In this document: positions 10,153-18,704 of the stretch, piece by piece
Numbering within the stretch: position 1 is the first letter of the stretch
Layout: each line of letters opens with the position of its first letter
Virus record (IMG/VR): IMGVR_UViG_3300029825_000004
Reading direction: 5' to 3' (one strand)
Origin: a virus
Length of the DNA: 64,000 nt
The notes under the pieces: generated by a model
The model's database searches: none
Told to the model about the DNA's origin: nothing
The model's input: only the letters and a program-made list of their open reading frames with translations
Program-made: the position numbers and the translations under genes

Positions 10153-10513
10153 TTTAGGGCTATCGAAGAAATTGAAAGATGCTGGACTTGCATGGGAGCC
10201 GGCGCTCGGGGACCTCTTTTACTATCAGGTTGGCGACCATTGGGAGAAGGATGTTCTGGCGGAACATGACATAAAAGAAGCAACCCATCAAATTATAGCG
10301 GATTGGATTTTTGTTCCCCGCCTCGACCAACTCATAATATATATGGAGGAGCGGGGCTACAGGGTGGAATCCAGGCACGACGCATGCTATATATTCCATC
10401 CGAATAAGCCGCATATCTGCCCTTGGTGGCAGAAATTCCTAGCGGAAAACCGCACAAATGCCGCCGGGGAAGCTTTGTTATGGATACTACAACAAGAACA
10501 GGCTGTAGATTAG
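10145..10513 (+). CDS. Hypothetical protein
   Basis: 122 aa, LSKKLKDAGL...PRLDQLI motif. Confidence 0.6.
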   Translation: MLDLGLSKKLKDAGLAWEPALGDLFYYQVGDHWEKDVLAEHDIKEATHQIIADWIFVPRLDQLIIYMEERGYRVESRHDACYIFHPNKPHICPWWQKFLAENRTNAAGEALLWILQQEQAVD

Positions 10514-10612
10514 CCCATGAACGGGCAAGGCTCTCCGGCTAATACAAAACCATTGCCGGAGAGCCAAAACACCTGTAGCCGCGTTACAGCAACCTTAAAA
10601 TCTAAATCAGGA

Positions 10613-10879
10613 TTATTCCTCTGTCTTCTTAACCGCGTCATAGTTCCCGCTGGTAGCCGCGCCAAGAATAACACCTGCCATAACCCCATTAATGGCGGGG
10701 TTGCCGGTTAAATAAGCCCAGAGCATCCCTAACCCCATGCCGCCGCCGATAGAAACCAGCGGCAGGTACTTTGACGGGATACCAGCCAGCCTGATAGCTT
10801 TGACCAGAATCCCATTGATAACAAGAGCAGAAGCCCCGCCGATAGCGTATTGAGCAGCTATTTGATTTAAATTTTCCAT
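10613..10879 (-). CDS. Small holin-like membrane protein
   Basis: Three hydrophobic segments, KYLPLVS and GAATSGNYD motifs, directly after endolysin. Confidence 0.75.
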   Translation of the reverse strand: MENLNQIAAQYAIGGASALVINGILVKAIRLAGIPSKYLPLVSIGGGMGLGMLWAYLTGNPAINGVMAGVILGAATSGNYDAVKKTEE

Positions 10880-10898
10880 TATTAAGCCCTCCCTTTAC

Positions 10899-11633
10899 TT
10901 ATTTGCCGATTATGACAGTCTTTGTAGCATTGTCCCAAGTAACATCAATCCCGATATCTCGCAGGATAACCGCTGGGATATAGGTCGTGTCCCTGTTGTC
11001 AACGTTAAGCAGAACGCACTTATCTTTTAAAGCACCGTTCAACTTCACCTTGACTTCGGGCAGATCGACATTGGTGTCGAGTTTTAACTTAGCAAACATA
11101 TCATCATCCTCTCTCTTTAGGTCGTTAAACAACTGGTTCCATGGGAAATTGGGGCCGGGGCAGTTAGGGCGGTTCACACTGTCGATGCGGTAATGGCCGA
11201 GAATATGGTTGTCATCTATTGGCAAATTATATTTATTAATTAATTGTTTATGTAACCACAACGAAGCCTGATATTGCATCTCTGTTAGATTACCATCCCC
11301 GCTTTGCTCTCTGTAACCTTCATGCTCTATGCCGAGGGTACAGTGATTGGGATTGCCACCAGAATACAAGGCCCAATTGGGCCGATTAACTGCTCCAGCA
11401 TGCCAGGCCGTATCTGCATCTTTGACAAGCTGATAAATCTTGCCTTGACGAGTGACCAAATAGTGGGCTGATGCCTTCGCCACTGGATTGCACATCCATG
11501 ATAAGCATCCCGGCATCAGCCCGGCGGTTATATGATCTACTATTGCAATAATCTTGTTGCCCTTGCGTCCTGCGGTAAAATTGGGACTAGGCTTAGATTC
11601 AATCTTAAATTGGTCCTTGCTCGTTTCCACCAC
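10899..11633 (-). CDS. Endolysin, N-acetylmuramoyl-L-alanine amidase (Amidase_2) with C-terminal binding domain
   Basis: SPNF, IVDHIT, ASAHY, AWHAG, GIEHEG, LGHY..D...CPG motifs. Confidence 0.93.
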   Translation of the reverse strand: MVETSKDQFKIESKPSPNFTAGRKGNKIIAIVDHITAGLMPGCLSWMCNPVAKASAHYLVTRQGKIYQLVKDADTAWHAGAVNRPNWALYSGGNPNHCTLGIEHEGYREQSGDGNLTEMQYQASLWLHKQLINKYNLPIDDNHILGHYRIDSVNRPNCPGPNFPWNQLFNDLKREDDDMFAKLKLDTNVDLPEVKVKLNGALKDKCVLLNVDNRDTTYIPAVILRDIGIDVTWDNATKTVIIGK

Positions 11634-12225
11634 CTTCTTTCATGTTGATACCCTCTTCCTCTACGATTTTTTCTAACTTGCGGCGGCTGAACCGTTTTAA
11701 CCAGCTAAATTCTTCTACTCCGGCTTCTAAAAAGTTCTCGCAAGTGCTTTCAAGCTCCACAAAGAAGAATATCCCGTAAATAACTGAACTGGCTAAATAA
11801 GCGTAGTCATATGGGAATTTCTCTATTTGGGCAGCGAAAACACACATGAAGAAATAAGCCGTGATTTTCAGCTTTGCCCCGGATAAAGCCTTGTCAGACC
11901 TGATATGACCCTCTTTAACGGCCTTAAGGAAGCCGCCGTGATTAACTGATTCACACATCAGTCTGGATATCAAATCCATTGCTACGGCTATCCATAAGGC
12001 GTAAAAAGCTGGCCCAGGCCCTACAAGATAAGTAAATGCGCCCACTAAAAAACCCCCTAGCCAGGCTAGAGGGTCGGTAAGCGCATTAGATACGATTCTA
12101 CCAAATGTTATTGCCAATCCATGCAAATTATCATCACTCCCCCGGTTGTAAAATATGTTAAACTGAAATTGCAGGCGTAAAAGTGCCCCCAGCACTTCTC
12201 CTTGCCCCGGTGAGGTTGCCTGCAT
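11605..12225 (-). CDS. Phage holin (family 4-like)
   Basis: Hydrophobic helices, MDLISRL and ELESTCEN motifs, upstream of endolysin; true start probably downstream of 12225. Confidence 0.75.
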   Translation of the reverse strand: MQATSPGQGEVLGALLRLQFQFNIFYNRGSDDNLHGLAITFGRIVSNALTDPLAWLGGFLVGAFTYLVGPGPAFYALWIAVAMDLISRLMCESVNHGGFLKAVKEGHIRSDKALSGAKLKITAYFFMCVFAAQIEKFPYDYAYLASSVIYGIFFFVELESTCENFLEAGVEEFSWLKRFSRRKLEKIVEEEGINMKEGGGNEQGPI

Positions 12226-12359
12226 ACCTCATGACTCTTTTATTGAAACGGCCACATTAAGCCTTTTCTGGCCTGAGCTTCTCTTGTGTTTTCAAGTTAT
12301 AAATAGTATGATAATGGTAAAACTAGGACGTAAAAACAATGTAAAAAGGAGGAAATATC

Positions 12360-13355
12360 ATGCGAAAAAACCCGATGGTTGCAATGTTGTTAACTGTCAT
12401 AATGCTGTTCGCGGTTGTTGCGCCGGTGATGGCGGTTACCTCAACAGAATATTTAACTAGTCAATTGCAAATATTTCATACTACTAACAGAATGAGTAGC
12501 AATGATATTTACGGCGTGTATGTCGATATCTCCCAGATTACCAACAACACCGTAACCGCTACTGTATACCAAACTGATGCACAGCAAGCTACACTAACCA
12601 CGTACACAAACATAGAAGCCCAGCCCATTGCAGGAGCTAATAGCGCAAAAGATAAACTGAGCCGATTCTTTTTCTATTTCCGTAATAACAATCGCGATCA
12701 TCCTATGGCCCTCTGGGGCGGCGCGCCTGACGACACAGTAATGGGCTATGTTTATGGCGAACGCAAGGCCGAAATAATTAGTGCCTACGTCGCTGGCATT
12801 CCTGAATGCCTGGCGCAAGATAGGTTATACGATTCTGGCGATTCCGGCAGCAGCGGTAGCACCACTAAAACTACTGAAGCCAAGCCTGCTGAAAACCCCG
12901 ACGCATGGGCCGGTAAATACCTCGCAACAACTTTTGAGATCGGGGCTACAACCTATTCTGTCTTAAGTAGTACTAATGAAGATGCGTCCGAAACAGCAAA
13001 GCCTGAAATTAAAACAATGGACGTTGCCCCTTACGTGAAGAACGACCGCACCTATGTGCCTGTCCGCTATCTTGCCTACTCTCTAGGGGTTGAGGAGGGT
13101 AGTGTTACATGGGACGGTAACGCCCGTAAGGTTAGTATATCTAAAGATGATACCGATATTGCTTTAATCGTTGGCAGTCCGATAATGTACGTCAATGGTC
13201 AATCAACTAATATGGACGTATCACCTGAGATAACCCAAGACCGTACATTCCTCCCTGCTCGATGGGTAGCAGAGGCTTTAGGAGCAGAAGTCTTGTGGGA
13301 CGATGCCACTCAACAAACAACAATAAAGATACCAGTAGAAAAGCCGGGGAATTAA
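12360..13355 (+). CDS. Secreted/surface protein with C-terminal copper-amine-oxidase-N (stalk) domain; moron
   Basis: Signal peptide, S/G/T linker, MDVAPYVKNDRTYVPVRYLAYSLG and RTFLPARWVAEALGAEVLWD repeats; opposite strand to late genes. Confidence 0.85.
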   Translation: MRKNPMVAMLLTVIMLFAVVAPVMAVTSTEYLTSQLQIFHTTNRMSSNDIYGVYVDISQITNNTVTATVYQTDAQQATLTTYTNIEAQPIAGANSAKDKLSRFFFYFRNNNRDHPMALWGGAPDDTVMGYVYGERKAEIISAYVAGIPECLAQDRLYDSGDSGSSGSTTKTTEAKPAENPDAWAGKYLATTFEIGATTYSVLSSTNEDASETAKPEIKTMDVAPYVKNDRTYVPVRYLAYSLGVEEGSVTWDGNARKVSISKDDTDIALIVGSPIMYVNGQSTNMDVSPEITQDRTFLPARWVAEALGAEVLWDDATQQTTIKIPVEKPGN

Positions 13356-13366
13356 ACCCCGGCTTC
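13341..13366. terminator. Intrinsic terminator hairpin between convergent genes
   Basis: AAGCCGGGG-AATTAAA-CCCCGGCTT. Confidence 0.6.
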
Positions 13367-13534
13367 TGGTTCTTGCGTCGGTTCTCCGGGTAAGGCATCA
13401 AGTAAGGCAAAGAGCCTAGCCTGTTCATCCATGCTTCTGTTATTCTGGTTAATTAGCCCCTCTATATTACGGTTGTTGCTGGAAACCCTAATATCCTCAA
13501 TTTCAATTCGCTTCATAATTTCCTCTTTGGTCAT
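13352..13534 (-). CDS. Small tail-associated hypothetical protein (60 aa)
   Basis: GGAGGTGA RBS, ATG overlapping the Tal stop. Confidence 0.6.
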   Translation of the reverse strand: MTKEEIMKRIEIEDIRVSSNNRNIEGLINQNNRSMDEQARLFALLDALPGEPTQEPEAGV

Positions 13535-16500
13535 TAATCTATCACCTCCATAAGCCGTATTCCGGCGTAATTTTTGCGTGTAGCATAAAACCACCACCCA
13601 AAAATTCTGTTGCTCTCGCTACCGTTGCTTTCTTTTACTTTAAAATAGTTCTCGCCCCATTCAATCACTCTAATATCCTCGCCCTCGCCATAAACCTCAG
13701 TCTTAAAAGTCCACGGAGTCAAATCCGTATCTGGTTCTATGCATTCCAAATGAATAGGGTCGATGTAGACAGTGGCTTTCCCGTTTTCTAGCCGCGCCCT
13801 ACCTCTATCAAATAAAACAATTTCAGGTGATTCAGTCGCGTATTGTCTTATCCTGCCATAATTGGCCGTTGGGATAATAGCCGGTTTGCTACCATCTGCT
13901 TCCAAATCTCCAGTTGCATGTACAGTTCCCAAAACCCTTAAATTCCCCGTCACTTCCGTGGCCCCAGTAATGTAAACGTTATTACCCCCTATAACCACTT
14001 CAGCGCCGTTGACTTGAGCCCTGGAACCGGCACCTTTACCGTACAGGCTGACGACATTGGGAGATTCCAAGACTACCCGATCGGACGAATAAGCCCTTAT
14101 ACCATTGTTGCTTGTTGGGCTATTGGTGGGTCCTATCGTAATGTTTCCACCTATCTCTGACCTTAAGTCTATTCCTTTTTCATTGCGGATAAACAATTCT
14201 GCTGTGTCCAGCAGGGTCCTTACCCTTATTTCGCCGATTGGGGTTCCATTGTCATAAAAATAAATTTGCGGCTGGTTGCCTTCTGAGGATATTTCCATTT
14301 GAGTGTTACCGTGCTGGTTGTTAAAAATTATATTTCCCCAGCTATAGCCCGGATACTCTGGCAAAAACTTGCGGTCAATTTTTATTATACCCCGGTTTTC
14401 GCCCTTTTCACCGGTCTGAACCGTCGTACTGTAGAGGGCACCGCCAATAATCTCCGATAAATAGTTCCCTAAAGCATCCTTGCCGATGTTTATTCGCAGG
14501 TTATCGTCTGCGTCGTACATTTTTATGCCGTCGCCGTCTATGCGCAAATCGCCGCCAGCAGAGAGGATATTTACCAGAGCGGCATTGAGAGTTCCGGTAT
14601 TAACCATGTTCGCATTTATTCCAGCGCCGTTAATTGCTAAATCCCATGCCTGACCACCGTCCGAAGAAATGATTAATCCCTGGGGCGTAATGCGAACTAA
14701 GCTGCCAGTTAGGTTGCCGTTAACATCCCGTTCAAACCATGTAGAAACTCCATCAATAAGGGTATAGTCACCATTAGCACCGTTTATCATAGTCGCAGCC
14801 GTATTGATTATCGCCTTTATTAGATTCTGAAACGATGGATTAGGCTGTACCTGCGACTTGATATAGTCTGCAGCCTTGATGCTGTCAGCCAACGATGCCG
14901 CTATCTTCTCCAGCGGGTCGCCAATATCCATCTCACATAACCAAGGCTGGAAAACATTGAATCTATGCTTGATGATGCGCTGGTATCCCTCTACCCCCAG
15001 TTCAGGGTCTATTACGTCCACCATATCGCCGAGAGCAAAGACCTCATGCTGATAGCCTTCCAGTACCCGCAAATCCACCATATCTATGACATACTTGTGG
15101 CGCGGTTTGCAGACTTTCGCCAGATATTTTGTAGCCGCCTCTTTTAATTGTGTCTGGTCGGATATGTCCTGGTTATACCACACGTCTTCCAATAGTTCAT
15201 CTGAATAACTATTGTTGTCCAGGTAAATCTTTCCGTCGTTGACTGCTGCTATATTTAAATCATTCTCGCCGAAAGGTCGCAGCCGGGTAACAATATCCGT
15301 ATCATCATAACGCTGAATCGCTTTCAGGTTTTTGCCATAGCGAATCTGAAAACCGGAGTAGTTTTGCCATGATTCCTCACTGCGCAGTGATACGGTCTTG
15401 TTCTGACTATCCCAAACCAGATAACCGCCCCATAATTCCTGCACTTTATTGATATTGGCTAAAACTGATTCCTTCTCCGTTTCCAGGTCATAGGTGCCGC
15501 CAACATCCACTGTTCCTAACTCCCATCCGGTGCCTTCCAGCAGGGCATACAGGACATGACCGGCAGAGCCAACAGGGTAACGCGCCCCAGACAAATCAGA
15601 GCCGCCAGAAACGATTATGACAGCTCCCCAAGGTGGATTAGGATTCTGCGGGTCATTGGAGATAGTCTGGTACTTCTTGCCCAGCAAAATCCATGTTTCA
15701 TCTGCCAGTACCTTTCCGGTCAGTTTCTTTCCGTCCCGTGACCGTTCGATAGCATCCGGATTAGCGATAACAAATTCATAAGTGCGATTCTGAGCCTGCA
15801 CGCAGATTCTGTTTTTCGGGGTCAAATAAGCCCATTTTTCAGAAGTAAGAGCTAGGGTAAATTCTAGTCTGGAAATCCCGTTTAGTTCCTGCTCAATCCA
15901 GCACTCATCTAGCCCATCAGACTGCGGCGAGAGCAGGGCAACGGTATTGCCGTCAATGTCCTTTACTTCGATAAACTGAGGAACAGATAATCTTTTTGGC
16001 GTAGACAGTACTCTAAAAACGCCGCTAACTCCGAAAGGACCTTCATCTATCCCATCATTGGCACTTACATAAATCTGATAATTATCACCAGGGGGTAAAT
16101 CGGTAACATCCCATATCAGGCTAGTTTCCGATACGTCATCCGCTATCTGAGTCTTAGTCGCCCCGCCATTAGTCGAGAAAAAGACTTTATAGGTAATTGT
16201 CTGTCCAACGTCCGGGTCTGTTGCCGCTGCCCATTCTATAGTCGTTGGGCCGACAGCAGAAGAACCGGCAACGGGATGGGTTACCTCTGGTGTAGCTGGC
16301 GCGACGTTCTGCCTATAGAAAGTGAAATGCCGTGATGATGATAGTTCGCTTTCGTTTACGGCTTCTATGGTTATGCTGTGATTGGCGTTTATCGCCAATG
16401 TGTTCCATAGAGCATGGGTAATCTCAAACGCAAGGTCAGTCTTTTGCGGCACATCTGGCCGGGTGTTAATTACTACACCGTTCAGCTTTTCAAGTACCGT

Positions 16501-16653
16501 TACGGCCTCATCGTTCGGGTCGTAAACCTTGTATGTCACGGAGAATGGCGCAGTCTTATTTCCTAGGTTGCCGCCACCAATGATTACAGGGGCTTGCTGC
16601 CCTGCGCTACTGCCATTTATGGGTTTGCTATTGAATAGCCATGAGTTGAACAA
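13534..16653 (-). CDS. Tail spike / Tal-like baseplate protein with N-terminal Ig/FN3-like domains
   Basis: IRYGKNLKAI, IVTRLRPFG, LGDMVDVIDPELG prophage-tail motifs; FN3-like N-terminal part. Confidence 0.85.
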   Translation of the reverse strand: MFNSWLFNSKPINGSSAGQQAPVIIGGGNLGNKTAPFSVTYKVYDPNDEAVTVLEKLNGVVINTRPDVPQKTDLAFEITHALWNTLAINANHSITIEAVNESELSSSRHFTFYRQNVAPATPEVTHPVAGSSAVGPTTIEWAAATDPDVGQTITYKVFFSTNGGATKTQIADDVSETSLIWDVTDLPPGDNYQIYVSANDGIDEGPFGVSGVFRVLSTPKRLSVPQFIEVKDIDGNTVALLSPQSDGLDECWIEQELNGISRLEFTLALTSEKWAYLTPKNRICVQAQNRTYEFVIANPDAIERSRDGKKLTGKVLADETWILLGKKYQTISNDPQNPNPPWGAVIIVSGGSDLSGARYPVGSAGHVLYALLEGTGWELGTVDVGGTYDLETEKESVLANINKVQELWGGYLVWDSQNKTVSLRSEESWQNYSGFQIRYGKNLKAIQRYDDTDIVTRLRPFGENDLNIAAVNDGKIYLDNNSYSDELLEDVWYNQDISDQTQLKEAATKYLAKVCKPRHKYVIDMVDLRVLEGYQHEVFALGDMVDVIDPELGVEGYQRIIKHRFNVFQPWLCEMDIGDPLEKIAASLADSIKAADYIKSQVQPNPSFQNLIKAIINTAATMINGANGDYTLIDGVSTWFERDVNGNLTGSLVRITPQGLIISSDGGQAWDLAINGAGINANMVNTGTLNAALVNILSAGGDLRIDGDGIKMYDADDNLRINIGKDALGNYLSEIIGGALYSTTVQTGEKGENRGIIKIDRKFLPEYPGYSWGNIIFNNQHGNTQMEISSEGNQPQIYFYDNGTPIGEIRVRTLLDTAELFIRNEKGIDLRSEIGGNITIGPTNSPTSNNGIRAYSSDRVVLESPNVVSLYGKGAGSRAQVNGAEVVIGGNNVYITGATEVTGNLRVLGTVHATGDLEADGSKPAIIPTANYGRIRQYATESPEIVLFDRGRARLENGKATVYIDPIHLECIEPDTDLTPWTFKTEVYGEGEDIRVIEWGENYFKVKESNGSESNRIFGWWFYATRKNYAGIRLMEVID

Positions 16654-16675
16654 AGATTCTCACCTCCTATGGGCA

Positions 16676-16702
16676 TAAAAATAACCGCCCATTTAGGCGG
16701 CT
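16676..16702 (-). terminator. Intrinsic terminator upstream of Tal
   Basis: AGCCGCC-TAAAT-GGGCGGT followed by TATTTTTA on minus strand. Confidence 0.65.
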
Positions 16703-16719
16703 TGCTGCGCAGTATTAGT

Positions 16720-16869
16720 CTACTGCGCAGGAAGTAAGCCAACTAATTCATTGTATTGTTCCTGCGTTATGCGGTTATTAAGCAAAAACACATCCAGTTT
16801 AATCATAATATCTTCACGTGTCCCGTAAGTACCATTTTGTATAACTTTTTTGCAATAAATATAAGTCAA
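16720..16869 (-). CDS. XkdX/CD1375-like small tail protein (49 aa)
   Basis: Hand translation MTYIYCKKVI...KLDVFLLNNRITQEQYNELV; GGAGG RBS. Confidence 0.65.
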   Translation of the reverse strand: MTYIYCKKVIQNGTYGTREDIMIKLDVFLLNNRITQEQYNELVGLLPAQ

Positions 16870-16880
16870 TTCAATCCCTC

Positions 16881-17153
16881 CTATAATCCCAATTCTATCA
16901 TTGATAACCGATAATCCAAGTCTAACAAGTAATCGTCCTGCGTAGGCTGTGGGGGCAATGGTGTCGGGTCATGAGCATTAATAACCACCTGTATTGCTTG
17001 GGTATCTGCATCATCTGGATAAGTTAGCCAAGTATTTACAGCAATGTTTCCCCCTTGTACGAGATCATTTTGGACTAATAATGGCGCAAGATTAGCAGTA
17101 ATTAATTCACTGTGCAGTTTGTTTGGATTTACGTTTTTAACTTCAATTATCAT
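16881..17153 (-). CDS. XkdW-like tail fibre assembly protein
   Basis: HDPTPLPPQPT...LDYRLSMIELGL motif after RBP. Confidence 0.65.
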   Translation of the reverse strand: MIIEVKNVNPNKLHSELITANLAPLLVQNDLVQGGNIAVNTWLTYPDDADTQAIQVVINAHDPTPLPPQPTQDDYLLDLDYRLSMIELGL

Positions 17154-17157
17154 GTTA

Positions 17158-17967
17158 TCACCCTACCTTAATCATCCCGAAGAATGTTAAATTATAACCA
17201 GACTCTACATTTAATGCTCCCCCACTATCTTGTCTTGCAAGTAATTCTACATAATCATTTTGTGCTAAATTTAAAACGTCCATTATTCCCATCGTTGTAG
17301 AACCACCATTAACTGCAACTTGCGATCTGTAAGCCCGTATATAACCTGTAGGTCCATTTTCTCTAATAATTAATGTCCTGTTACCAGTAGTATTAGGCGC
17401 AAAAGAAATATTACCAAAGACCAAGTATTTACCTGCTACTGGTGCGGTCAAACGAGTTGGATTAGTGGAATTATCATGTATTGTTGCATTGTCATAGGAT
17501 TCATTAGCAAATGATATTTCTGTAAATGTTGCATTAGGTATACTTTGATTAGCACCTAAATACACTCGGCAAGCACCATTACCATCTATATGCTGCGCAG
17601 TATCCGCCAAATGCGCAGCAAGGTCATCGGCATTCCCCTTCACTGTTTCAATCGTTCGACCGGTGCCTGCTAAATCCGTAACATCTTCTTGCAGAGCCAA
17701 GGAATCATACATTCCGACAGTCATGCGGTTTTGCACTTCTACTCCATCGGCATGTGCTACAGCCACGGTTCCTTCCTGCCCTCGCAGCAGGGAGCCGAAC
17801 ACGTTCCCCGTCTTTGCTCTAACCTCTATAATCTCATCCTCGACTGTCACCAAAAAGGGCGGCTCTGGGAATATAGAGCCATCCAGAACCGTCATAACTG
17901 TATCAGTATCTGTTATTGCGCCAACTAACAGTGTTTGCGCATTATTTGCGGCATTCAATCTCGACAA
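17158..17967 (-). CDS. Tail fibre / receptor-binding protein with C1q-like tip
   Basis: Position after Dit; C-terminal beta-rich ACRVY...TRLTAPVAGKYLV...LAQNDYVEL. Confidence 0.7.
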   Translation of the reverse strand: MSRLNAANNAQTLLVGAITDTDTVMTVLDGSIFPEPPFLVTVEDEIIEVRAKTGNVFGSLLRGQEGTVAVAHADGVEVQNRMTVGMYDSLALQEDVTDLAGTGRTIETVKGNADDLAAHLADTAQHIDGNGACRVYLGANQSIPNATFTEISFANESYDNATIHDNSTNPTRLTAPVAGKYLVFGNISFAPNTTGNRTLIIRENGPTGYIRAYRSQVAVNGGSTTMGIMDVLNLAQNDYVELLARQDSGGALNVESGYNLTFFGMIKVG

Positions 17968-17984
17968 TTAAATCACTCTCCTTT

Positions 17985-18689
17985 CTAAATCCAGCGGTTA
18001 CGCCATTTGACACGGGTAGTCCCGCCTCCAGCCGCAACAACATAGTTCGCGCCGACTCCCAAGTGTGGGAACTTAAGATTATAATTTGCCAGAGCGTTAA
18101 CCCCATTGAAGGTACATGAAAAACTTTCCGTATCAATCCTTACTGTATCGCTGGCAGTTATCATGCCGGTATAGGTCATTGCGACTCCACCGATTGTAAC
18201 CGTTGGATTCGTCACAGGCCCAACGATTTCAACTATACAGGGCGTTTCTATGTTACCGCCATTAATAACCGTCCCTGAGCCTTCTAGTAGGCTCTGAGTT
18301 AACGCTTCGCTCAATGCCCCGAACACCTTGAAGGGGATGGTGAACTTGCGATATCCCGGTCCCTCTTCCGTAAACCTCAACTGCCCGGCATAAACCACCT
18401 CGTAAGCCTTACCCGGCTTATTGGCAAAGGTTAGCGTCTGCATTCCTATCTTCGGATTGAGATAGCCCATAATTTCAGCTTCTTTAGCGCCCCATGTTTC
18501 AGGAGTTGTGCTAACAAAACAGGGCAGGGAGATTAACCCTGCCTCAAACTCTGAACCAAAGTAATATTCGCCGTCTTTACCCGGTACTTTATCACTGTAT
18601 TCGCGAGTGTTCTTGATGAACTCAACCCCTCGTAACACCTTAACGCCTAAAGGCTGGAGAATATAATTAGAATCTACGTTAAAAGCCAT
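17985..18689 (-). CDS. Distal tail protein (Dit)
   Basis: Directly after TMP; FTIPFK, NGGNIETP motifs. Confidence 0.8.
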   Translation of the reverse strand: MAFNVDSNYILQPLGVKVLRGVEFIKNTREYSDKVPGKDGEYYFGSEFEAGLISLPCFVSTTPETWGAKEAEIMGYLNPKIGMQTLTFANKPGKAYEVVYAGQLRFTEEGPGYRKFTIPFKVFGALSEALTQSLLEGSGTVINGGNIETPCIVEIVGPVTNPTVTIGGVAMTYTGMITASDTVRIDTESFSCTFNGVNALANYNLKFPHLGVGANYVVAAGGGTTRVKWRNRWI

Positions 18690-18704
18690 ATATCCGACCA
18701 CCCC

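Noticed and set aside
10517-10711. 64-aa + strand ORF after the early operon
   Set aside because: Overlaps the holin-like gene on the opposite strand, weak RBS, no motif.
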